Of a stretch of DNA of 64,000 nt, positions 19,221-27,131 are shown in pieces (within the stretch, counting starts at the first letter, position 1; every line of letters starts with the position of its first letter). The translations under genes were made by a program, and so were the position numbers. Under the pieces are notes generated by a model, which did no database searches, had not been told where the DNA came from, and saw only the letters and a program-made list of their open reading frames with translations. Source of the DNA: Candidatus Gastranaerophilales bacterium (GTDB lineage: Bacteria > Cyanobacteriota > Vampirovibrionia > Gastranaerophilales > CALOAD01); the NCBI GenBank assembly GCA_942491415.1, contig CALOAD010000022.1, positions 77,010 to 141,009 of the forward strand, given 5' to 3'.

Positions 19221-20234
19221 GTGTTATATTCACAAAATAATTTGGGAAATTCTAAAGGTCTTATATTGTTGAATAAATTGCTTTTTAGACATGCAAATAA
19301 CTGCAAAGAGGCTTGTAAAAAGGTTTACAACTACGAATATTTTGGTGGGGTCACTCCTGAAGATTGGCAGCCATTAAAATCGGCTAATAATAAGCCGATT
19401 ATTCATCAAAATCCTCAAACCGGATATTATGGAGAGGCATTCACGGATGGTAAGACTGTTTTTATAGTATCTCGAGGAACAGAACCTTTTTCTTATTCTC
19501 CCGATGTTTATACAGATTTTCAAATGCTTCAGATGAAGGCACCAAATCAATTGGAAGATTTAAAGATTTTTCATGATCAATTGAAAAATCAAGGGCTTTT
19601 AAAAGGTAAAAAGCTTATTTTTACAGGGCATTCATTAGGTGGTTCATTGAGTCAATTAGGAGCAGCTATTTATAATGCTGAGGCTATCGCTTTTAGTCCT
19701 TATGGCACAAAGCCTTTAATGAAATCCTTAGGGGTTGATGAGAAAGTTCTTAAATCTAAAATTGTAAACTATACGGTGGATTGGGATGTTGTTGGAAACT
19801 CCGGAGACCAGCCCGGTTTGACGTTTTATATCCCGGGACCCGGCGCAAGGCTTTTTGATAAAGTTAAAAAAATATATAATTCACCTGTATCAACAGACCT
19901 TACTCAAAAATATTATGATGTTGTTGATCCACATATCTTGAGCAATTTTGACGGGTACTTATTAAATGCTCCGTTATTGGATTGGAGAATTTCCAAAACT
20001 CCATCTATCAGCACACAGGTGTTTAGAACTTTGGGTGAAAGTACTAGATCACTTATGGCAAAGTTATCGGGAGTTAATAAACCTCAAAACCCTACCGCTT
20101 TTGCAAGTTCAAAGATTTATTTTAATACTCCCGCTAAAATGAATGTAACTAAACCTATTCTTAAAAGACCTTTAAAACGAGTAAAAACTTTAAATACTTA
20201 TTCTTCAAGTGTTTTAACAAATCTTTCGATATAA
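19221..20234 (+). CDS. Class-3 lipase / alpha-beta hydrolase
   Basis: Nucleophile elbow FTGHSLGGSLSQLG. GTG start with AGGAG 10 nt upstream. No Sec signal. Confidence 0.7.
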   Translation: MLYSQNNLGNSKGLILLNKLLFRHANNCKEACKKVYNYEYFGGVTPEDWQPLKSANNKPIIHQNPQTGYYGEAFTDGKTVFIVSRGTEPFSYSPDVYTDFQMLQMKAPNQLEDLKIFHDQLKNQGLLKGKKLIFTGHSLGGSLSQLGAAIYNAEAIAFSPYGTKPLMKSLGVDEKVLKSKIVNYTVDWDVVGNSGDQPGLTFYIPGPGARLFDKVKKIYNSPVSTDLTQKYYDVVDPHILSNFDGYLLNAPLLDWRISKTPSISTQVFRTLGESTRSLMAKLSGVNKPQNPTAFASSKIYFNTPAKMNVTKPILKRPLKRVKTLNTYSSSVLTNLSI

Positions 20235-20248
20235 ATTTAAATAGTTTT

Positions 20249-21028
20249 TTAATAGAATTTTGAATAATAAATAAAATAATCAGTGATTACGTTGTATAAA
20301 ATAGGCATTATTACAACTAGGATGACAGCGCCTAAAACAGGTTTAAAAAGGAAACTTAACTGGAATACGTTTACTTGAGGTGCTGTTTTCGAAATTATAC
20401 CAAGAATAATATCCTGTCCCAATGTTGCCAGTAACACAGGGGCTGCTATTTGAAGACCAACGTAAAGTACATTACTTGTTATTATTATAAGATAATCCAT
20501 ACTTATTATTTTATCTAATGGTAGTTGGGTATTATAGATGGGAAATATTTCAAAAGAGCGTTGGAAAGCTTCGAATAAATAATAAACACCGCCTATGTTA
20601 AAGAAAATGATAAGTCCAAAAAGCCCGATAAGTTTACCCATCACTGAGCTTTGACTTTTTGTACTTTGGTCGAACATAACAGCAGAGGATAAACCCATTT
20701 GCATGTTTATCATATCTCCTGCGGCTGTTATTGTTGCGAAGATAGTTTGACCAATGTATCCAATAATGAACCCAAAAATTATGTTTAAAAATATTGATAA
20801 AATAAAATCGCCATCAGCCGGAGGTGATTTTACGTCCATTATCCCAACAAAAGCAACTGTCATAAGAAGAGAAAAGCTTACTCTTATGAGAGTAGGGACT
20901 TCTTTTCGGTGAAGAATAGGAGCAAATTTTGCAAAGCCTGAAAATCTTGCAAAAACAAGTATGCCGGCACTTAGTCCTGCATTTACTTCCGGGAATTGTT
21001 TGAAAAGCTCCAATACATGTTCAATCAC
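20249..21028 (-). CDS. fliR: Flagellar/T3SS export gate protein FliR
   Basis: 259-aa polytopic protein, last in the fliOPQ-x-R order. GTGA overlap with the upstream ORF. Confidence 0.8.
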   Translation of the reverse strand: MIEHVLELFKQFPEVNAGLSAGILVFARFSGFAKFAPILHRKEVPTLIRVSFSLLMTVAFVGIMDVKSPPADGDFILSIFLNIIFGFIIGYIGQTIFATITAAGDMINMQMGLSSAVMFDQSTKSQSSVMGKLIGLFGLIIFFNIGGVYYLFEAFQRSFEIFPIYNTQLPLDKIISMDYLIIITSNVLYVGLQIAAPVLLATLGQDIILGIISKTAPQVNVFQLSFLFKPVLGAVILVVIMPILYNVITDYFIYYSKFY

Positions 21029-21525
21029 TGTTTTCTAACTCCGATGGGCATTGGCGGTTTATCAATTTCAAAGTTCAAAACATTTTTATTTTTAGGAATA
21101 ACCGGCATATCAAGGTTTAAACCACCTGTTGATTTTAATAATTCGGGATCGTCCTCGGTTTTTTTTATGTAGATTATTTTGTCTTTTTGACTGTTGGTAT
21201 TTTCTATGAGCAGATTAAAATTATAAAGACCGTTTTTTGTCCATATGATAAGGTTTGTGTCTTTAGATTCTTTGGGTTTTATTATCATTTGGTGTTTATC
21301 AGATGAAATACTTGTTAAAAGTTCTATATCAAGTGTTTGAGTATTACCCGTGCTGTATTTTTCTACTTTTTCATCAAAAATTAAGAGATAAACAAAACCT
21401 TTATCCATAAATAATTTTTGATCTAAATAAGCTTCAGCTTTTGCTTGTGATAAAAAGCAAAAAGCTGTTAGGGTAATTATTAAAGGCTTTTTAAACAAAA
21501 ATAAGTTCATAAAATTATTGTCCAT
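21025..21525 (-). CDS. Hypothetical secreted protein inserted between fliQ and fliR
   Basis: Signal peptide LIITLTAFCFLSQAKAEA. Overlaps fliQ (11 nt) and fliR (4 nt), implying translational coupling. Confidence 0.55.
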   Translation of the reverse strand: MDNNFMNLFLFKKPLIITLTAFCFLSQAKAEAYLDQKLFMDKGFVYLLIFDEKVEKYSTGNTQTLDIELLTSISSDKHQMIIKPKESKDTNLIIWTKNGLYNFNLLIENTNSQKDKIIYIKKTEDDPELLKSTGGLNLDMPVIPKNKNVLNFEIDKPPMPIGVRKQ

Positions 21526-22000
21526 TTATTTTTTGTTTTTCCATTAAATTAATAGTTGGTCTTGGAGTGTTATCTGCAGGTAATGTTTTTATTTTCTTAA
21601 CGGCTTTTGCAAAAGGAATTTTGCCCGGGTTTTGCATTAAAGCTTCAATACTAGGTGTTTTAACCTTACCAAAGTTTTTTGAAAAGCCTGCAACATCACG
21701 AGAACGAGCACCAGGTGGTAAAACATGGCTTTCTCGTCTTGGTATTATATTGAAAGCAAGGTTAGCAGATTCAAAAAAGTAGTTTTTAAGCATTCTGGTA
21801 AAAAGATTTCCCATAAGCATTATTACCAAAAATACCCCTACAATTTTTGGGGCTGCGGCAATTGTCTGTTCTTGAACTTGGGTTACCGCTTGCAAAATAC
21901 CAACAACAAGACCAATGCCCGCGGCTGTTAATACGCAAGGCATTGCTATCATTAGCATGCTCATAAATCCTCTACCTAAGTGTTCAAGAAATATTTCCAT
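21515..22000 (-). CDS. fliQ: FliQ with a ~70-aa basic C-terminal extension
   Basis: The first ~88 aa are FliQ-like (two TM helices, GILQAVTQVQEQTIAAAPKI). The extra tail is not expected in FliQ, which is typically ~89 aa. Confidence 0.8.
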   Translation of the reverse strand: MEIFLEHLGRGFMSMLMIAMPCVLTAAGIGLVVGILQAVTQVQEQTIAAAPKIVGVFLVIMLMGNLFTRMLKNYFFESANLAFNIIPRRESHVLPPGARSRDVAGFSKNFGKVKTPSIEALMQNPGKIPFAKAVKKIKTLPADNTPRPTINLMEKQKINGQ

Positions 22001-22014
22001 TTTATTTTTATCCT

Positions 22015-22656
22015 TTAATTAAAGCTTTTTACCAAGCCGTTTACGATGAGACTCCAGCCGTCAACTGCAATGAATATAAGTAATTTAAACGGTAAAGAAA
22101 TAATTGTGGGCGATAACATAAACATACCTAGAGCTAAAAGTATATTCGCAACCACCAAATCCAGCACAATGAAAGGTATGAAGATAACAAATCCTATTTC
22201 AAAGGCTGATTTTAATTCACTAACAATATATGCAGGCGCAACTTCAAAAAGAGTAAGATCCGCAGGGCTTTCAGGAGGAGTTTCTCTTGCTAATTCAACA
22301 AAAAATGCAACATCACTTTCTCTTGTTTGTCTTAGCATAAAATCTTTCAATGGTCTGCTGCCTTCTTGAAGGGCTAAAACCATTGAGCCGGATTCTTTGT
22401 AGGGTTTATGTCCGGCTTGATACATTTCCGAAAAAATCGGAGACATTGTGTACATTGTCAAAATTATTGCGAGCCCGATGATAACCATGCCGGGAGGTAC
22501 TTGTTGGGTTCCCATTGCAGTTTTTAAAATGGAAAAAACAATGACATATCTCAAAAAACTTGTCATGCAGGTAAATACAAACGGCAAAAATGAAAATACC
22601 GCCATTACCATTAATAGCTGTAATACAGGGTTTAAGTCTTGTAAAAGTGAATCCAT
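22015..22656 (-). CDS. fliP: Flagellar/T3SS export gate protein FliP
   Basis: SFLRYVIVFSILKTAMGTQQVPP...AFEIGFVIFIPFIVLDLVVANILLALGM. Confidence 0.9.
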   Translation of the reverse strand: MDSLLQDLNPVLQLLMVMAVFSFLPFVFTCMTSFLRYVIVFSILKTAMGTQQVPPGMVIIGLAIILTMYTMSPIFSEMYQAGHKPYKESGSMVLALQEGSRPLKDFMLRQTRESDVAFFVELARETPPESPADLTLFEVAPAYIVSELKSAFEIGFVIFIPFIVLDLVVANILLALGMFMLSPTIISLPFKLLIFIAVDGWSLIVNGLVKSFN

Positions 22657-22715
22657 TTTTATTTTATCTTCCTTTAATAATTAATGACATAAATACTTAT
22701 GCTTTATTTGTGTTT

Positions 22716-23099
22716 TTATGTCCCCATTTTTTCCAGTATTCCACGCATCATAGCTGTTTTTTGTTCAACGTTTTTATTAATAGTTGTTTCTTTTGTCGCT
22801 ATATATGCAGGTTTTTCAATAGTTGCTTCCCTTGGTAAAATATCTGAATCTTCCAGTTTTGTTAAAAAGTTTGTTCTTTCAGCATCTGCTGAGATTAAAA
22901 ACTTTTCATTCCCTGCTTTAACAACGTGTAAAGTTTTGCGAGGGGCTAAATCCAAAGAAGTTTCTATGGATAAAAAACGATCTTTTTTTGATTTTAAATT
23001 GCCGGATGCAATACTTTTTTTAGTTACTACAAAAGCAAGGAATAAAAATCCTATAATCGCCATTGTATAAACAGTAAAACTTGCTATATATCCACTCAT
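22716..23099 (-). CDS. fliO: FliO-like protein
   Basis: Single N-terminal TM, then LSIETSLDLAPRKTLHVVKAGNEKFLISADAE. Located directly upstream of fliP. Confidence 0.6.
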   Translation of the reverse strand: MSGYIASFTVYTMAIIGFLFLAFVVTKKSIASGNLKSKKDRFLSIETSLDLAPRKTLHVVKAGNEKFLISADAERTNFLTKLEDSDILPREATIEKPAYIATKETTINKNVEQKTAMMRGILEKMGT

Positions 23100-23108
23100 A
23101 ACTTCACC

Positions 23109-24305
23109 TTAAATATCGTCATCCATTTCAAAATCACTATAATCAAAGTCATCATCAAGATCTTCATCGCCTTCGTCATCATCAAGATCCTTGTCAAGAT
23201 CATCTATATCTTCATCTTCCATTGGTTCTTCAATCTTTTCTTTCTCTTGAGGCGGTTCCTGTCTGTGAACTTTTGTGAGTCGTACACCGTATTTATCATC
23301 GATAATGACTAGCTCACCTTCTGCAACAGAACTATTTTCTACCTTTAATGTGATCTTGTTTTTGAAAACAGGTGCCAGATCAACAACAAGCCCTTCGCTT
23401 ATTTGTCTTAACTCACCCAGTGTAAGTTTGATTTTTTCAAATTCTGCACCGACTTCTACTTGAATGTTATCCCACATATCCGCTGTGGGAGTTATTTCTT
23501 CGCTCACTTGTATGTTGCCTCCCTCATTATTGTCTAAATTTACTACCAGACCGGGATCCGGATTTATATTTGCAATTATTTCAAAACTATTTTTTATTTT
23601 AATTTTATTTATATTACTTTTGTCCAACAGAATTATGTCATCAGGCTCAATTCCCTTTAGATCTTCTATAGCAACCTTTGTGGAGCCAACTTCTATATTT
23701 ACAGATATATTGCTATTTTCAAACTGTTCTAAAGGCATAATAATATCGGAAGCTTCAACTAATTCAGGCTTTTTGATTATCTTAGAGGGAATTGAGATTA
23801 TTATTCTTCCCATTTCATTTTCAATGTATGTGTTAAAAACGAAGTGCAATAATTCATTTTGCCAATCATCTGTTAGGCTTGCTTTTTCCAGTTTTTCTCG
23901 ACTTATGAAAATTTCTTGAATATCTGTTTTGATTTTTTCACCAAAAGCAGAAACCAGCATTCCTTCCAGGTTTGATATTTTATTTAATTTAAAGTTTTTA
24001 TCAGGTTTTTCGCCTAAAGAAAAATCTAAAAAGTTTTTTATTATAGAATCAGAGGTTCTTATGAAAATTGTAATATCTTGGAAAACCCTTAATTGCGTTA
24101 CAAAAAAATCATAACCTTTCCATAAAAAATCAGGTTTATTATTTATTCCAAATAAAGAAACTTCAGTTTCAATATTCCAAAAGCTGTTAATAGATTCTTG
24201 CAAGATAGGGGATAGGTTATTTTCATACCAAAAATATGAACGCGAAAAATCAGGACCTTTATCCTTTCGTTTTTTTGAAAATTTTGTTTGAGTTGCGGTT
24301 ACCAC
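23109..24305 (-). CDS. Flagellar switch FliN/FliY-like protein (SpoA domains) with a polyacidic tail
   Basis: C-terminal SpoA/FliN motif: IQVEVGAEFEKIKLTLGELRQISEGLVVDL...VAEGELVIIDDKYGVRLTKV. An earlier SpoA-like segment reads ISVNIEVGSTKVAIEDLKGIEPDDIILLD. The last ~45 aa are mostly D/E. Confidence 0.7.
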   Translation of the reverse strand: MVTATQTKFSKKRKDKGPDFSRSYFWYENNLSPILQESINSFWNIETEVSLFGINNKPDFLWKGYDFFVTQLRVFQDITIFIRTSDSIIKNFLDFSLGEKPDKNFKLNKISNLEGMLVSAFGEKIKTDIQEIFISREKLEKASLTDDWQNELLHFVFNTYIENEMGRIIISIPSKIIKKPELVEASDIIMPLEQFENSNISVNIEVGSTKVAIEDLKGIEPDDIILLDKSNINKIKIKNSFEIIANINPDPGLVVNLDNNEGGNIQVSEEITPTADMWDNIQVEVGAEFEKIKLTLGELRQISEGLVVDLAPVFKNKITLKVENSSVAEGELVIIDDKYGVRLTKVHRQEPPQEKEKIEEPMEDEDIDDLDKDLDDDEGDEDLDDDFDYSDFEMDDDI

Positions 24306-24571
24306 TTTAAAATAACCTCCCTATTGCAGCCATAGCTGATTTATATCCCCAAGTGTCGAAAAGTATAGTTTAAATTATACTTACACTCCCTAAAGATATA
24401 AGTTTTTAAGCCTAAAAGCATCAACTATATGTTGTATATTTGTCTGACACTCTTATCTTTTAATCAATAATAATGATTATATTCAGATTGTCTATAATTT
24501 TTTGTTAATAGTAAATTTATTGTTGATTTAAGTCTCATAAAATTATGAAAAAGCCCAACTTAAAAATGCTC

Positions 24572-24625
24572 AAATATAAACACAAAGCGAGGTCTGATAT
24601 CAGACCTCGCTTTGTGTTTATATTT
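24572..24625 (-). terminator. Perfect 54-nt palindrome / terminator after the low-complexity gene
   Basis: AAATATAAACACAAAGCGAGGTCTG-ATAT-CAGACCTCGCTTTGTGTTTATATTT. It starts 8 nt after the stop codon at 24633. Confidence 0.6.
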
Positions 24626-24632
24626 TTTAAGC

Positions 24633-25862
24633 TTAGCAGTTTCCACCGCCGCCACCGCCGTCTCCACCAGAACCGCCTGATCCACCAGACCCACCAGAAC
24701 CGCCAGAACCGCCAGAACCGCCAGATCCACCAGAACCGCCTGCTCCACCTGCTCCACCTGAGGATCCGCCCTTATCTCCGCCACCTTTAGAGCTACCTTC
24801 ACTGCCTCCGCCGGCGTCTCCTCCTTTAGAAGATCCTTCACTTTTTCCAGAGTCTGAATCTGCCCCTTTAGAGCTATCAGAACTTTTATCAGATGATTCT
24901 GCACCTTTATCAGATTTGTCAGTAGATTTACTTTCCGCTGCTTTATCCGCCTCAGCTTTATCTGCATTTTTTGATGATTCCGCTGCTTTATCAGCAGTAG
25001 CTTCTGCCTTGTCTGCTGTTTTTGCAGCTTCGCCAGCTTTTGAAGCTGCACCCATTGCTTTATCCATTGAAGCTTGAGCCTTTTGACCAGCTTCTTTGGC
25101 TTGGTCTGTTAAATCATTTGCTTCTACAGCTTTTTCAGCTGCTTTTTCCATTTCAGCAGTTGTTTTAGCATTTGCTTGCATGTTTTTTGCTTCTGCTCTT
25201 GCTTCAGCTGCCGCTTGAGCTGCCTCTTTTGCTGCTTTCTGATCTTGAGTTGCTTCTTGAGCTGCTTGTCTTGCATCTTCTTCAGTTTTTGCAGATTGCG
25301 CTCTCGCTGAAATAGCATTTGCTCTAGCGTCTGCTGCTGCTGCTGCAACATCATCAGCTGTGGTAGAAACACCTATAGCTTGACCTATTTTATTAGCCAA
25401 ACCGGCTAATGTATCAAGACCTAAGCTTTTTAAACCTCTGCCAATCATTGTTGTTCCATAATTATTAGCTGTTGAAGCATTTGCATTTGTAGTGTTAGTT
25501 GAAGCATCATCAGAAAATCCTAAAGCATTTTTAACACCGTCAATTATTCCTAATTTATCAAGAGCTTGTAGCCCAACTGCTGCAGGCAATCCACCAGGAC
25601 TTAAAGCAGCTGCAAAACTTAATGCTGAAATCATATCAGAAGTATTAATATTTTGTGCTCTATTTACTGCTCCATTTAAAGCAGAGCCAATATCTCCATT
25701 TTGTATACCATTTGAAAGAGAAGATAAATCATTAACATTAAAACCGGATAATCCAGCTTGACCAAGAGCTTGATTAGTAGCATAAGCACCTAAGTCTGCA
25801 TTGGGGTTTCTACCAAGCATTGAACCAAGTCTTGCTGCATTGTTTAAATTGTTGTAATTCAT
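24633..25862 (-). CDS. Low-complexity protein: Asn/Gly/Leu-rich head, Ala/Lys/Glu-rich middle, (GGS)n tail ending in Cys
   Basis: The start is set to ATG 25862 (MNYNNLNNAARLG), which has AGGAG 8 nt upstream. The tail reads ...GGSGGSGGSGGSGGSGGSGGSGGDGGGGGGNC. Confidence 0.6.
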   Translation of the reverse strand: MNYNNLNNAARLGSMLGRNPNADLGAYATNQALGQAGLSGFNVNDLSSLSNGIQNGDIGSALNGAVNRAQNINTSDMISALSFAAALSPGGLPAAVGLQALDKLGIIDGVKNALGFSDDASTNTTNANASTANNYGTTMIGRGLKSLGLDTLAGLANKIGQAIGVSTTADDVAAAAADARANAISARAQSAKTEEDARQAAQEATQDQKAAKEAAQAAAEARAEAKNMQANAKTTAEMEKAAEKAVEANDLTDQAKEAGQKAQASMDKAMGAASKAGEAAKTADKAEATADKAAESSKNADKAEADKAAESKSTDKSDKGAESSDKSSDSSKGADSDSGKSEGSSKGGDAGGGSEGSSKGGGDKGGSSGGAGGAGGSGGSGGSGGSGGSGGSGGSGGSGGDGGGGGGNC

Positions 25863-26324
25863 TTTTAGCTCTCCTATGTTACTCAAAGATTAAATTAAAA
25901 TTAAATTAAATTAAATTGCTTCACCTGTATATATAAAGTATATACGGGTAGGAAAATTACAATGATCAATAAAAAAGTTAACAAATTTGAAAGCATGAAA
26001 AACATTACCGACAATAAAAGTCTTTCTATATTGAAAAAAACCTATGTTAAGAAAAATTAAGCATTGTAACAACTGTAAACAGCTATCCAAAAAGCATCTC
26101 AAGGGTTTTTCAAGAAAAAAGGTAACCATATTTATAACATTTTGAGGTACTTATACCTACCCATTTTAAAAAACACCCTAAAAGCGTTTCCTTGTTACTA
26201 TTACACCCATTTTAAAAAGCTACAATATAATATTCTCAAGATTTAGGCACTTAAAAAATAACAATTTTGTTAAAACTTCTTTTTTTGTATATATTGAAAA
26301 AGGTAAGTCATTTGGAGTTTTTTA

Positions 26325-27131
26325 ATGACAAAAAAAGTAAAACTTCTTGGAATTCAAATAAATCCAGTTATTGGAGATAAAGTAAAAAACTATCTTAAAA
26401 TATCAAAATTGCTTAAAGAATATGAGTGGTTCAAACCTGATCTTGTTTTATTACCTGAGGTTTTTAATAGCGGAATCGACCATAAAAAATTTGAAGATAT
26501 GGCTGAGCCGATACCGGATCAAACAACAATGTTTTTATCAGGATTTGCGCAGCAATATAATACCAATATAATTGGTGGAAGTTTCATTGAAAAAAGCCAT
26601 ACAGGACATCTGAAAAATACTTCTGTAGCTTTTGACAGAACAGGAAAAATATTAGGGAAATACAGTAAAATTCACATGTTTTCTCATCTCGGCAGTAGCG
26701 AAGGAGAAAAAATAACATCGGGAAACACTGCTAAAATAATCGACATGGACTTTGGGAAAGTAGGTTTAAGCATTTGCTACGATCTTAGATTCCCTGAATT
26801 ATACAGAGCTCTTGCATATAACGGAGCGCAATTAATTGTTTGCCCTGCTGCTTGGCCTTATCCAAGATATGACCATTGGATGACTCTTTTAAAAGCTCGC
26901 GCTATTGAAAATCTTTGTTTTATGTTTGCCGTGAATCAATGCGGAAAAGTGTCGTTAAGCAGAACAAATTTGGGACAGTCGGCAATTATAAACCCCTGGG
27001 GAGAAATAATAGCAAACGCAGGATCTCAAGAAGGTGTTGTAATGGCAGAAATAGATATCGATGAAGTAAGTAAAACAAGAGAAGATTTTCCTGTTTTAAA
27101 TGATCGAAATCTTGATGCATATAAATTATAG
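26325..27131 (+). CDS. Carbon-nitrogen hydrolase (nitrilase superfamily)
   Basis: Glu-Lys-Cys triad contexts: LLPEVF, YSKIHMF and GLSICYDLRFPE. Confidence 0.85.
   Translation: MTKKVKLLGIQINPVIGDKVKNYLKISKLLKEYEWFKPDLVLLPEVFNSGIDHKKFEDMAEPIPDQTTMFLSGFAQQYNTNIIGGSFIEKSHTGHLKNTSVAFDRTGKILGKYSKIHMFSHLGSSEGEKITSGNTAKIIDMDFGKVGLSICYDLRFPELYRALAYNGAQLIVCPAAWPYPRYDHWMTLLKARAIENLCFMFAVNQCGKVSLSRTNLGQSAIINPWGEIIANAGSQEGVVMAEIDIDEVSKTREDFPVLNDRNLDAYKL

Noticed and set aside
21567-24114. Several plus-strand ORFs (21567-21782, 21725-21931, 22046-22369, 22448-22684, 22590-22838, 22699-23070, 23275-23463, 23464-23919, 23929-24114)
   Set aside because: All lie antisense to the well-supported fliQ/fliP/fliO/FliN-like genes and lack recognisable motifs or RBSs.
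24545-25372. Track ORFs 24545-24790 (+), 24560-25051 (-) and 25124-25372 (-), with highly repetitive Gln/Lys/Arg/His-rich products
   Set aside because: They are alternative-frame or antisense readings of the low-complexity gene 24633-25862 and of the 54-nt palindrome. They have no RBS, and their composition is dictated by the repeat DNA.
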